Below are positions 1 through 12,718 of a stretch of 64,000 bases of DNA, in pieces. Source of the stretch: Octopus vulgaris. Its lineage: Eukaryota. The translations under genes were made by a program, and so were the position numbers. The first letter of the stretch is position 1. Each line of letters begins with the position of its first letter. The stretch spans positions 10,044,001 through 10,108,000 of the forward strand of contig OX597826.1 of the NCBI GenBank assembly GCA_951406725.2, given 5' to 3'. Below the pieces are notes generated by a model that saw only the letters and a program-made list of their open reading frames with translations, was not told where the DNA came from and ran no database searches.

Positions 1-132
1 AGCATTATGTAAGATTGATTATATTGAATATTGATGAAATGAATGTAAATGAAGAATTAAAATGATTTAACTTCATTTTCTGATACTTGAAATGAAAGTA
101 TTTATACATATGCATGTATCTATGTATATATT

Positions 133-185
<53 letters not shown>

Positions 186-200
186 TTAGTTATTTATTAA

Positions 201-420
201 AGTGGCGAGCTGACAGGATCATTAGCACGCCGGGTGAAATGCTTAGCAGTATTTCGTCTGCCATTACATTCTGAGTTCAAATTCCACTGAGGTCGACTTT
301 GCCTTTCATCCTTTCAGGGTCGATTAAAAAGTATCAGTTATGCACTGGGGTTGATGTAATCAATTTAATCCCTCTGTTTGTCCTCTCTGTGTTTAGCCCC
401 CTGTGGGTAATAAAGAAATA
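201..420 (+). mobile_element. tRNA-derived SINE family A
   Basis: GGCGAGCTG head, GAGTTCAAATTCC B-box, gtcgactttgcctttcatcctttc core. Other copies near 26255-26658, 42860-43075, 53575-54015 and 57315-57650. Confidence 0.8.
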
Positions 421-1544
421 TATACATATATATATATATATATTTAGACACACACATATATACACATATGTATATGTATACACATGCATACATATGTACA
501 TATATACATAAAAACAAACATATTTTCTCACATATGTATATACATGTGTATATATGTACATATTCCTACTTCTATTTACTTAAATATATGAAAATATTTC
601 CACAATATCTGTTCATACATGTAGGTAGATGTAGTTACATATATTTACTATAAGCTGTGCAGCAAAGTTTTATTGATTGCCATCAGCTTTCATGCTGGGA
701 ATACTCTACGCTTTCATATAAAGAAAAGCTGATAATAAAGTTTATAAAAAAAGTGTTCGTTAAAGTTTCATGCAATTATGACAGACTCTACAATGAGTGA
801 CAGGGAATGTTAGAGACATGAAAGCAAATATATAACAATGCATATAGGGAAAATGTAGAAAAGGATCAATACTGTAAAAAAAAAAAACCAAACCAATATG
901 GCAGGGTTTGGATGAAGGTGATTGCTATTGATTACTTATAAAACTATATCTCCTTTGAGGGACTTTAAATAGTAGAGAGAGATGTCCCAATTAAAATGTA
1001 AGTAACAAAAGATATATATTGTATAGATCTTTCCTGTCATTAGCTATTAAGGTATGATGTATGAATGTTTTCTTAGTGATAAACATGCAAAAAGGTAGTT
1101 TTTAGTAAAGGGCAGAAGAAAAAAAGTTAAAGTGAAAAATACATTGCTTTAACATATTCGATTCATTAGTTCTGAGATCAATTCTGTGGTAGTCTTTATT
1201 AGATTTTTTTAATAGGTTATTGGGTCACTAATAAAGGATTTATATTCATATAGACTGAGTCAAGGGCAAATCAGATTTATGGAGCTTATCCCTGATCAGG
1301 GTATTGATTTCAGTCAGAGATTGTTAATAGGAGTAATTGAAGTGTAATAGTTCAATCAGAAATCAATTTTGCATTATAAAATTAGGTTTGTGGCTGCTTT
1401 CTGTCATCATAGGGTTCTTAGACTAAAAGGGACATGTCCTCTTACTCTTCATGGATTTTGGGGTCACTAAAAAAGTTCTCATAACATTTAACTATAGCCA
1501 AAAATTGTAGGAATAAGGAATAATGTCAAACCTCTGGAAAACTT

Positions 1545-1772
1545 ATTTCTTTACTACCCACAAGGGGCTAAACACAGAGGGGACAAACAAAGGCAGACAA
1601 ACGGATTAAGTCGATTATATCGACCCCAGTGAGTAACTGGTACTTATTTAATCGACCCCGAAAGGATGAAAGGCAAAGTCGACCTTGGTGGAAGTTGAAC
1701 TCAGAACGTAGCGGCAGATGAAATACCGCTAAGCATTTCGCCCAGTGTGCTAACGTTTCTGCCAGCTCGCCG
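1545..1772 (-). mobile_element. SINE family A with TSD
   Basis: Full copy flanked by ctctggaaaactt (1532-1544) and ctctggaatactt (1773-1785). Confidence 0.85.
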
Positions 1773-3227
1773 CTCTGGAATACTTGCCATGTACATATTT
1801 TTACTGTAGCTGTTGAATTTCATTGGCTGAGAATGAAGATTTTGCATACAGCATTCAGTACACCAATCTTTAGTTTAATTGTTCAAAAGGAACATTGACC
1901 ACCACCACCACTGTCATCATCATCAGAGCAGAACTTAGAACAAAAACAGTCTAGCTGTTGCAAACACATCTTCTTCTTGGGGTGGGGTTGGGGGCAGAGT
2001 GTGAGGTGGGGTGGGGGCAGAGTGTTGGGGTGGGGATGGGGGCAGAGTGTATCCAGGACTACATTACTCAGATTTGTTCTTCCTATCTTCTTCAAACAGT
2101 AGGGTGCCAGTTGAGTGAAATTTGGCTGCTATTTCTAGCAGGTAGAGCACCTCTGTAGATACCTTCCCATTTGCATGTATTGGCAAAGATTTCCGCACGT
2201 ACAACCAAATAACTTATGAAAGACATCAGCAAAGCCATAACTCATTTAAGCGTTTATAAACATGGTCTTCATCATACACAATATAACACATTTTTGATCG
2301 TATATAACACGTTTGGTCTTAATTTAATCGACCATGAAATATATAGTTTTTATCAAAATAAAACAAAATAAAACAAATATTCTAATTTGAGTTTGCTTAA
2401 TCTGGATAAAAACTAGAACTCAACTCCAACACTTCAACTGAGGTGCACAATTGCCGTTAAGTATCAGACATTAACATACTTTGAGCAAGTTAGAGCTTGT
2501 GGGAGATTAAAATACCAGGAATTTTATACTGGCAAAAAATATCTTACAGCATTCATTTTTCATAAAGGTACACCCCCCGCCTACACACAAGCACATCTAC
2601 TCATGCCACCCAACCCTGACATATGTGTGCGTGTGCGTGTGTGTCTGTGTATGTGTGTGTGTATATATATATTTACTCTTTTACGTGCTGGAGCACCGCC
2701 TTTAGTTGAGCAAATCGACCCCAGGACTTATTCTTTGTAAGCCTAGTACTTATTCTATCGGTCTCTTTTGCCGAACCGTTAAGTTACGGGGATGTAAACA
2801 CACCACCATCAGTTGTCAAGCAATGTTGGGGGACAAACACAGACACTCAAATATATACACACACACAAACATACATATATAAAAAAAAAAAAAATAATGA
2901 AATTATTGTATACAGTGCTCAGGTGCACCACAACTTGTCAGAAAGTGCATATAAAGTACATGCAGTAATGTAGAAATGCCTGGAAAGCGAACAATGTATG
3001 AGTCAGATACATGCTTGTGTGTGTATGGAGGGGAGAAAGATCAGGTGTGGTGTTGGCGAATCTCAGGATGGGCTTCTTTCAGTTTCCGTCAACCAAATCC
3101 ACTCACAAGGCTTTGGTCAGCCTGAGGCTACAGTAGAAGACACTTGCCCAAGGTGCCACGCAGTGGGAATGAACCTGGAACCATGTGGTTTGTAAACAAG
3201 CTACTTACCACACAGCCTCTCCTATCT

Positions 3228-3263
<36 letters not shown>

Positions 3264-3331
3264 CACACTCACATGCACACACACACGCACACACATACAT
3301 ACATACATACATACATACATACATACATGAA

Positions 3332-3367
<36 letters not shown>

Positions 3368-3573
3368 TGTGTGTGATCATCATCATTAACATCGTCATTT
3401 AACATCCATTTTCCCATACTGACATGGGTCAGATGGTTTGACAGGATCCAGCAAGCTACTGGACTGTGTTGAGTTCCAATGTCAGCTTCAGCATGGTTTC
3501 TATGACTGGATGCCCTTCCTAATGCCAAGCACTTTACAGAGTGTAGGTTATTTTACTGAAGCTGGAAAAACTT

Positions 3574-3622
3574 CACAAACTGTTACTCAGAGTTTCGCAT
3601 TACCATTCATCAGGTGGTTGTG
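3574..3622 (-). ncRNA. Degenerate hammerhead motif related to the 9510 copy
   Basis: CTGATGA-atggtaatgc-GAAAC-tctga-GTA-acag. Same 3' half as 9510-9548; stems weak. Confidence 0.4.
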
Positions 3623-5630
3623 CATATTCAGAACAATATAATACTTTATTGTATTGTTTAAACTATTGTCACGTCACATGAGCATGTGACCGACCAGGCC
3701 TTCAGATGTTGTTACACATCGCTGGTCACAATGCGCTTCGCATTGTTTTAGCCTTCAAATGACGCCACCCTGCTGGCTAAGCGAGCAGGCCAACAGAAGA
3801 AAGAGTGAGAGAAAGTTGCGGCGAAAGAGTACAGCAGGGATCACCACCACCCCCTGCCAGAGCCTCGTGGAGCTTTAGATGATTTCGCTCAATAAACACT
3901 CACAACGCCTGGTCTGGGAATCGAAACTGCAATCCTACGACCGTGAGTCTGCTGCCCTAACCACTGGGCCATTGCACCTCCACTTAAACTATTGTATTGC
4001 TCTGAAATATCCCCATATCATCAATCATATGAAAGCAGAGGACAAGATATGCTGGTCACTACTATCAAAACAAAGATGAATTAGCAAGAAGGCACCTTTT
4101 GTGGACCCTCAACCTTGGGAATTCTCATGTCAGATGACTCAGAATGTCATACATGGATCAATTTTCTTTTGATGTCAAGCTACAAATAGAAGACTGCAAA
4201 AATGGCATGGAAAACAGAAAACACTTGGAGAGAAAAAGTGGTTTTAGTCTGGGCAACCCACTCGAAATGATAGATAGAAATTTGAATTTGAATTAAAGGG
4301 ATTATGAAGAAAACAATGCAAAGAATTCATCATCATCATCATCATCATCATCATCGTTTAACGTCCGTTCTCCATGCTAGCATGGGTTGGACGGTTCGAC
4401 CGGGGATCTGGGAAGCCAGGAGGCTGCACCAGGCTCCAGTCTGATCTGGCAGTGTTTCTACAGCTGGATGCCCTTCCTAACGCCAACCACTCCGTGAGTG
4501 TAGTGGGTGCTTTTTATGTGCCACCGGCATCAGTGCCAGGTGAGGCTGGCAACAGCCACGGACGGATTGGTGCATTTTACGTGCCACCGGCACAGAAGCC
4601 AGTCTAGGCGGCTTCCGTGCCGACTTTTCATGTGGTTCTTAAGATTTCTAGTCTGTTGTAATCATGTATAGAACTATTACATTCTTTTTAGTAACCATCA
4701 GCATGATATAGTCTTAGATTTATTAGTTTAACATTGTATGAAGTGAAACATTTCTTGTAGATGGAAAATAATTACAGTTTGGAAGAAACTCATGAAAAGT
4801 GGGGTTTTTTAAAATCATTTTTTCCTTCATAGAGCATTGGTAGTTAAGAAATTGAATAAAAGATAATGCTCTTACTTTATCATTAATCCTCTGGCATTCA
4901 GATTTCTATGGACAAGTGTATTGCTTATTTATTCACATTGTTTTGAATTAATCATGCATTATCGTGTAGATTCACGATTTCAATGGTGTACTCTTTTGCT
5001 ATTTTACTTGTTTCAGTCATTTGACTGTGGCCATGCTGGAGCACCACCTTTAATCGAGGAACTCGACCCCCAGGACTTATCCACTCACAAGGCTTTGGTC
5101 GGCCCGAGGCTATAGTAGAAGACACTTGACCAAGGTGCCACGCAGTGGGACTGAACCCGGAACCATGTGGTTGGTAAACAGGCTACTCACCACACAGCCA
5201 CTCATGTGCCTGTGCTTGCAGATTTTTAGAATGACATTGTAGGGCAAGTATGAGAGGTTGGATCTGCTCAGTTTCAACATAACACAATTTGAATATTTGT
5301 GCCAGATGTGGCTGGATTAAAGACTGAAGGGTTAAGTACAGTGGATTGGTAGAACTACTGGAGTGTCAGTAGCTTTCATTCTGGTCTTCTACATTCTGAG
5401 TTCAAAACTATCTGAGGTCAGCTTTACCTTTCGTCCTTTTGGGGGTTGATAAAACAAACTGCCGGTCAAGTACTGGGCTAATTTAATCAACTAAAACCCC
5501 TCCTTCAAAACTGCTGGCCTTGTGCCTAAAATCTGAAGCAGTATTACATTACCAATATCTAAGTTTAATACCTGTCAGAACAAGAATGTGAGAAATTCCA
5601 GATTTATTTATTTATCCATTTATCTATTTA

Positions 5631-6015
5631 CTAGCAGTATCACCCGGCATTGCTCGGGTTTGTAAGGGAAATAACTATAAAGCATTTTTAGAGAGTTATA
5701 GCCAAAAAATAGCAAAAAAATGGAAAAAAAAATATGGTAAATTTATTTTTGAGAGTTAAAAAGGTGGAGTTGCGTCCTCTAGACAGTCTGTGGTTTGTGT
5801 TTCTGATTCTCGACCCCATGTCGAATTTATCGATTTTTTTCAGAACTGGGGGAACTTTTCAAAATTTTCGCTGCGTTAGTTTTGAATTATGACATTGGGC
5901 TATGTGTGTGTCAAGTTTCATCAGAATCGGTTGAAAGCCATGGTCAGGGTGAGGGTACAACCTAACAGACACACAGAAACACACACAGACAAACTGCCGT
6001 TTATATATAGAGAGA
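5631..6015 (-). mobile_element. Non-autonomous Helitron (Lep1-like architecture)
   Basis: Minus strand has 5' TC after A, a (TG)/(CTGT) tract, a subterminal GC hairpin (cccgagcaatgccggg) and 3' CTAG before T. Confidence 0.7.
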
Positions 6016-6596
6016 TTTACTTCTTTATCCATCTTGATCTGACTGAATAACAAATAAATAAACAACTGTACAAAATTTAATGAGTACAGGTGCACCTCTG
6101 ATCTTCTGGCAGTTGACGATCCAGCATCTCTTTTAACCTGGTCGCAATTATGAATTCCTGAACATGAATTTTTAATGACCAGCCAGACTAATTAATTCAG
6201 GTTAGGAGGTTAGCATGTGGCATTAGTTTTAATTTTAAATATTTATTTCTTCATATTAATGGAGTTGAAGCTTTACTGAGAGAGTGAGTGTCAGCACCTT
6301 CATATGCTTGAAGAGAATTATTAGTTAGTCTGGCAAAACAAATAATTTGACATGGATCTAGGGCCAAGGGTGGTGGAAAATTGGTTTACCTACACTAATC
6401 ACAATTTCTAATATGGCCACAAGACTACTAAAATAGTGGTGGAAAGACATGGAATTAGATCAAGGTCAGCACTTGAAATATATATCACATTGTGAATTAA
6501 CAAGCAGCATCATTTAGTTACAACAAATTTCTCACAGTGATTTTTGTTTGATGAGTTTCTAACGATGTCATAAAAGAGCGTCTGTAAATTTCTAGC

Positions 6597-6627
<31 letters not shown>

Positions 6628-7182
6628 ACATATGTATATATATATGTATATGTGTGTGTATGTATGTATGTATGTATATATATTATATTACCAGTAAAGG
6701 TTTCAGTTGCCAATTCTGTACAAGACATTGTAGATCTTTAGCTGGGCTAAAAAGTCATATTCAATCACAGCACCAATAACAGTTAAGCTTCGTGCAATGG
6801 CCATACTCGACAACGAGGGGGCAGCCATCATCATGTATATATACGAGCAAAATGCCTCCCGTCCAATGGACGGTGCTGAGTTGTCAAACATTTAAACCAA
6901 ATTTTCTCAAAACAACTTGTCCAACCATCCCTTTGAGAAACACTGATTTAACCTAAATTTGAGACACCAGCAAAAGAAGAAATAAAGATAGACTTTTTTT
7001 CTATTCCAAAGAAAAACGGCTTTATCGATTGCATTCTCACCTGGAATCGATTTTTGTAATTTTTTCAAGACCTATTACACGCTCTGATACCGTCGGTATC
7101 TGCATATCAAAATTGAGCGTAATCGGATGGAGGATGCCCGAGATCCTAGAAGATACACACACACAGATGGACAGAACAATTT

Positions 7183-7237
<55 letters not shown>

Positions 7238-9509
7238 TATATATATGTATATTATGTATAAATGGCAATTTTTGTATGTCTGTCTGTGACCATCTTGCTG
7301 CCCAAACCAGCGAACCAATCTTCAGCAAATTTTGTGTACATGTTAAACTAACATCCAGTTCAATTAGAGGCTAATTGAATTTCAATAAAAATTGACAATG
7401 GACCGACTACGGGGGTGTTGGGCTATTACATGATAAAATGAGAGGGGTGCAAAAGTGTTAGGTTCATGGAAATGTGGCATAATTAGGGTGACTGATATCA
7501 GGGAAGGGGAAGAGAAAGGAAGAGATAGACACACAGGGAATGTGAAAGACAGACAGAAAGAACAACAGTCAGGGACACTTCCATATATATAAAAGAGAGT
7601 TTGTATGTGTATGTGTGTGTGCCTATCTTCCTTATCCATTTGAAAACTGAGTTGCTGATTTGATGTATGGGGTATCAAAAGGTTCAGTAATCTTACAACT
7701 ATCAAATTAACTTTATTTTCATTTACATATTTACATTACAACAATTTACATTATAACCTTTTCTGTAAGTCAACTATTGTAAACATTTTATACTACAACA
7801 ACAACGACAACAACGTCACATTTTCTATATGAGTGTGTACCTTAAAAGACATCCATTTCTCTTTATGATGACGAAATACATTCACTCCCTCTCTCTGTTG
7901 CTGTGTTTGTGTCCCCATAACTTAGCGGTTTGGCAAAAGACACCAATAGAATAAACACTAAGCTTACAAAGAATAAATCCTGGAATCAACGTGTTCGACT
8001 AAAGGTGGTGCTCCAGCATGGCCACAGTCATATACTTTATATAAAGAACTTGACAAGGAGAGCTTTATTTTATTGACCAGAGTGGTCAATAAAATACGAT
8101 TAACCTCAGTGAATTTGAACTCAAAACATAAAAAGATGAAAGTAAACATTAGAAAAGTATATTGTTTGTTGGTTCTACTGATTTTGCCAATCCACTTACG
8201 TTAAGTATAACTTTTTCTTTCTTAAAGTAATTATAAATGTTTGTCCCAGATAATGTGAGTTGAATAGTTCTATAAAAATTGCGTTTTCTAATCACTCACC
8301 TGTGAAATGAGAGTATGACTTATATGACTTATTTTTTAAGGGGTTCAATGAATATTGAGACAAGTAGGTTTGGATGACTATTGAAAGGTCTATTAATGTG
8401 TTTAATCTTTTAATTATCTCACCTGTCTTACTAATACATTAGACTGTGTAGCTCATTATTTGTCCTTGGGTAGCAACTGTCATTTCCTATTTGTTTACCC
8501 TTGGAAAGTGTGAAATATGGCTAATATTTCTTTCAAACTTTGCCTTTGTTACATTTATTCAAACCCTAAAGAATCACTCTCAACACATGGCTATAATGCC
8601 CCCACCACCACCACATTACTCTTGCTCATAATCAGAGATGCATATATTGTCAGCCACTAGGCAACATGCTCAAGTGGTTAAGGTCAAGCTACTGACGAGC
8701 AAATCTGTGTTACAGAGCAGAATATTTGCTATAATGATATTTCTGCTTCAGCAACTCAGTACCGAATCTGTCTGAAATGTAATGGAAAATAGGTCAGTTT
8801 CAAAACATTGACGTCAATGTGACAAAAAGTTTAAAGGGAGTGGTGGTCATTTCCTTTGATTTCCAAATAGAAGCAAATAAAACATAACACTTACTGACCA
8901 AAGACAAAAAAAAAAAAAAGAAGTTACATAGTCTTATTAAACAATATAAAGATAAAATAATATAAATAAACTAAAAATAAACAGGTAAAGTTCCTGAAAT
9001 ATAATTTGGAGACTTTTGTTGCTTCTTTAAATTTTGTTGTTTCTTTTTGTTAATTTAATTAATAAATATACAGGCATATTTATGGTAGACCCTGATTTGA
9101 TTCATTTCGCTTTGAGTTGTGACCAAGTGCAAATTCCAAGATGTGTGGGTCTTGCACTTGAGGCCAATTGAGAAACCCTGAATGAAAACCCATCAAAAGT
9201 TGATGCTGTCTAATTGGTGGCATGAGACAGAGGGAAAAAAGAATAAGGGAGACTCTTATTCTCCATACGTTAAGACTAAATATCTTAATCTCAATGCATG
9301 GAAAAAATGACCTCTCATGTTTCGAGAGCAAAAGACGGAAAATTGCAGTGTAGAAACGAATTCAGAACTTCCTTTTTGAACAGCTTCAGTTTTAGGATTG
9401 AAAGATCTTCATGGCGTATTTACCATCATCATCATCATCACCACCAAAACCACCACCACCATGTATATATATATATATATATATACTTTATTTAAATCAG
9501 CAGCAAAAA

Positions 9510-9548
9510 CTGTCCGATGAACGGCAACGGGAAACTCAGAGTAACAGG
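9510..9548 (+). ncRNA. Degenerate minimal hammerhead motif
   Basis: ctgt-CCGATGA-acg-gcaa-cgg-GAAAC-tcaga-GTA-acag. One core change (U4 to C); lies in a (TA)n-flanked insert. Confidence 0.55.
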
Positions 9549-9709
9549 TCTTGTTGAATTTTCTGCTGCTTTAAATAAAACATATTACTCTACCACTGGT
9601 ATTTGAGTACTCTTTTTTCCACCTTGTTTCACATTTATGTGTTTACTCCGGTATATATATATATACGTATACACACACACACACATATATATATATACGT
9701 ATATATATG

Positions 9710-9744
<35 letters not shown>

Positions 9745-9799
9745 GTATATATGTATGTATGTATGTATATATACATATATATATGTATGTGTGTATTTG

Positions 9800-9849
<50 letters not shown>

Positions 9850-11343
9850 TATAGATTATAAGGTTTATTTGACCTACGTAACCTGTCCAAGCTTGTATTT
9901 AGGTGATTCTTCTCATTGTTTAGAAATTCATTCATGTTGTTTGCATTCAGAGGCCTTCTAGCTATCTCTCTCAGTCAGTGTAGGCAAATGTATAATGTTC
10001 CTCAACAGTTCGTGTCTGAGCAAGTTGTCATAAACTTCTTGGAGCATTTCTATAATGAAAAGATTTTATTCTTGGTAAAGTGAAAATGATAACAAGGCAT
10101 CTAGAATCGGCATGGCTTCATGGCCATTCTGTTCTATTGTTTCAGTACATATAACCATACATACTGAAAAAAGGTAAATGAAAATATTAGTGTATTATGT
10201 CATGTGACTAAGATTAGAGGCAGAGCTTTTGATGCGTGCGTTTAGATGCAGATGTACACACACACACACACACATACACACATGCACATGCATATTCACA
10301 TATGAAAAGTTCCTGGTTTTGGGTAAAAGAAAATATAGGGGGACCAGGTAATTACGGTTTTATTCAACATAATCCCTTTTCAGATTCACACACTTATTGC
10401 AGTGGTCCTTCAGTTTTTCTGAACTCTGCAAAAGAACTCTGATGATGGTTGGGCCTCCAGCCAGGCCTTTTGCAATACCCTTAAAACCAGAAACCTGTAA
10501 GAAAGAGCTGGCCATCACTTGTGAACAGGTATGACTTAGTAGCCTGTACCATGATTTCATCAATTATTTTTGGGGCCTGTGTTGTCATGAGCAGACATAG
10601 TCACTCTTTTGACTGTCTCAGTCTTTGACCCAGCAGCAAGTCCAGGATGTGCCAGCTTGAAGGGGAGAGAGGGAGAGAGAGATAGAGAGAGAGAGAAAGA
10701 GAGAGAGAGAGTGAGAGAGAGCTGTACCAGGGCTTGTCTGTGACTCATTTTCAGGTGAATAAACTGGAACAATGTGAAATGAAGTACCTTGCTCAAGGAC
10801 ACAGTGAAACACTCAGTCCAGAAATTGAACCCATGACGGACACAAATATGTACACAGACACACACGTGGGAGAGAGAGAGAAAGGGGCTCATACATCTCT
10901 TTTGATTCCTTGCCCCTACCACCTCTATAATACCCTCTTATCTATCAGTTATCAGTATCAATCTTATCAGTCTTTTACACTTTCCCCTCATACACACACA
11001 CACACAAGTCCAGACATGGCTATATGGTTGAGAAGGTTGCTGTTCCCAACCAAATAATTTCAGGCCCCACTACTTGGCAGTTTAAGCAACTTCGATTACC
11101 CTAGGTCAATCAAAGTCTTTTGATTGGATTTGGTGGATGGGAACTCAAAGAAGTCTGATGCATGCTTGGTTCCCAAATGTGTTGTCTTGGACCCAGTTTC
11201 ACTGTGCTGCACCTTGGACAGTGGACAAGTAACTTCTATTATAGCCCCAGGGGTCATCAAAACTTTGTGAGTGGATTTAACAACAGATGGAAACTGAAAG
11301 AATCCTATTGTGTATATATATTGTGTGTGTGTGTATCTATTAC

Positions 11344-11400
<57 letters not shown>

Positions 11401-11497
11401 AATCCAAACATGAACAAGCAAGAAAAAAACAACAGCGCGAAGACGTGGAATAAGTACAGTGTTATTGGATGCTCAGGAAAGGAAAGAAAAGAAAGAG

Positions 11498-11534
11498 AAT
11501 TTCATGTTTCGAGCAGAACTCTTCATCAGAAATA
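11498..11534 (-). ncRNA. Degenerate minimal hammerhead motif
   Basis: attt-CTGATGA-agagttctgctc-GAAAC-atg-aaat, within a ~200 bp insert between (TA)n runs. Cleavage triplet is not canonical. Confidence 0.5.
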
Positions 11535-11590
11535 TAGAAAAAGTTCAAAGAAGGGAAGACGGAGAAAAAAATCGCCAACGATGCACAGGT

Positions 11591-11627
<37 letters not shown>

Positions 11628-11629
<2 letters not shown>

Positions 11630-12054
11630 CAATGATAAATCTCAGAGCGAGTTATAAACAGTAGCGGTAACACATCTTGATGCATATTTGCCATTTGAAT
11701 ATGGCTAACCCCTAAGGGTGGATGCTACTGTATCGCTCTGAGATTTATCATTGTTTGATTTCACTTTTTCAATATCAGTGTCAAATCGACACTGGAAAAA
11801 GTATATGTATTTGTGAAGGGATCTGACTTCTCATCGACAACCATGATTGTCACATGCTGATGAAAGGTAAACACCTTGAAACTCTGGTACGTGTGTATCA
11901 TGTGTTGAAGACAGGGAGGATAACTCCCCTTCACAAATACTGAGAGGACACAGATAGTGTGTCTATAGCCAGCTGGAGGAGATATCTTCCTGGGGCTACA
12001 AACTACAGTAGCATCCACCCTTATGGGTTAGCCATATTCAAATGGCAAATATGC

Positions 12055-12058
<4 letters not shown>
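11628..12058 (+). mobile_element. TA-inserted hammerhead element with interleaved inverted repeats
   Basis: Inverted pairs 11628-11650/11733-11755 and 11678-11732/12004-12058; hammerhead at 11851. Confidence 0.6.
11851..11895 (+). ncRNA. Minimal hammerhead ribozyme
   Basis: cacatg-CTGATGA-aaggt-aaac-acctt-GAAA-C-tctg-G-TA-cgtgtg. Stem I has one G:U pair; stem II is 5 bp. Confidence 0.75.
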
Positions 12059-12086
<28 letters not shown>

Positions 12087-12090
<4 letters not shown>

Positions 12091-12718
12091 TTAATTAATA
12101 AGGGTGAGAGAATTAGATACTAATTAATAGTATATTTATTCAACACCAAGTGGCCTAGTGCTACGAGAAACCTGGATTATTATAATATTTTATAACATAT
12201 TATAATATTTTTACAAAATAAATATAAGAGAGTGGTCACTATATTGCTCACTCTAGCACCAGTTAATCCAAAAGGTTTCAACCACGAAAATACATGTTTC
12301 CCATGAAAGCCAGTACGACTGTTAGCTCACACGGACAGGGCAAATAAAAAATAACAAAAATACAGATTATTTTGGGACAATTGTTTCGCTATTAATGAAT
12401 TAAATGTAATATTACTTACAAAAAAATCCATTTGTAGCTCGTCAGCCAAGACTATCTGGATGAAATCCACTCAATCACACGCCAGATTTTACCATAACGA
12501 TAAATACGCGTGTGGTTCAATTGATTACATCCGACGTTATAATTCAAATGCCCCAACCAACAGCGCGCCAAACTTTCACGGAAAACAAATACAGCATTTA
12601 GAAATAAATGCAGCATAATTATAATTAATTAATAAGGGTGAGAGAATTAGATACTAATTAATAGTATATTTATTCAACACCAAGTGGCCTAGTGCTACGA
12701 GAAACCTGGATTATTATA
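12087..12718 (-). mobile_element. Non-autonomous Penelope-like/retrozyme-like element with 98 bp terminal direct repeats
   Basis: 12087-12184 is identical to 12621-12718. Internal hammerhead, (TA)n flanks, no ORF. Confidence 0.65.
12372..12449 (-). ncRNA. Minimal type I hammerhead ribozyme (intact core)
   Basis: ttgg-CTGACGA-gcta[loop]tagc-GAAA-C-AATT-G-TC-ccaa. Palindromic ACAATTGT stem III, GUC triplet. Confidence 0.8.
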
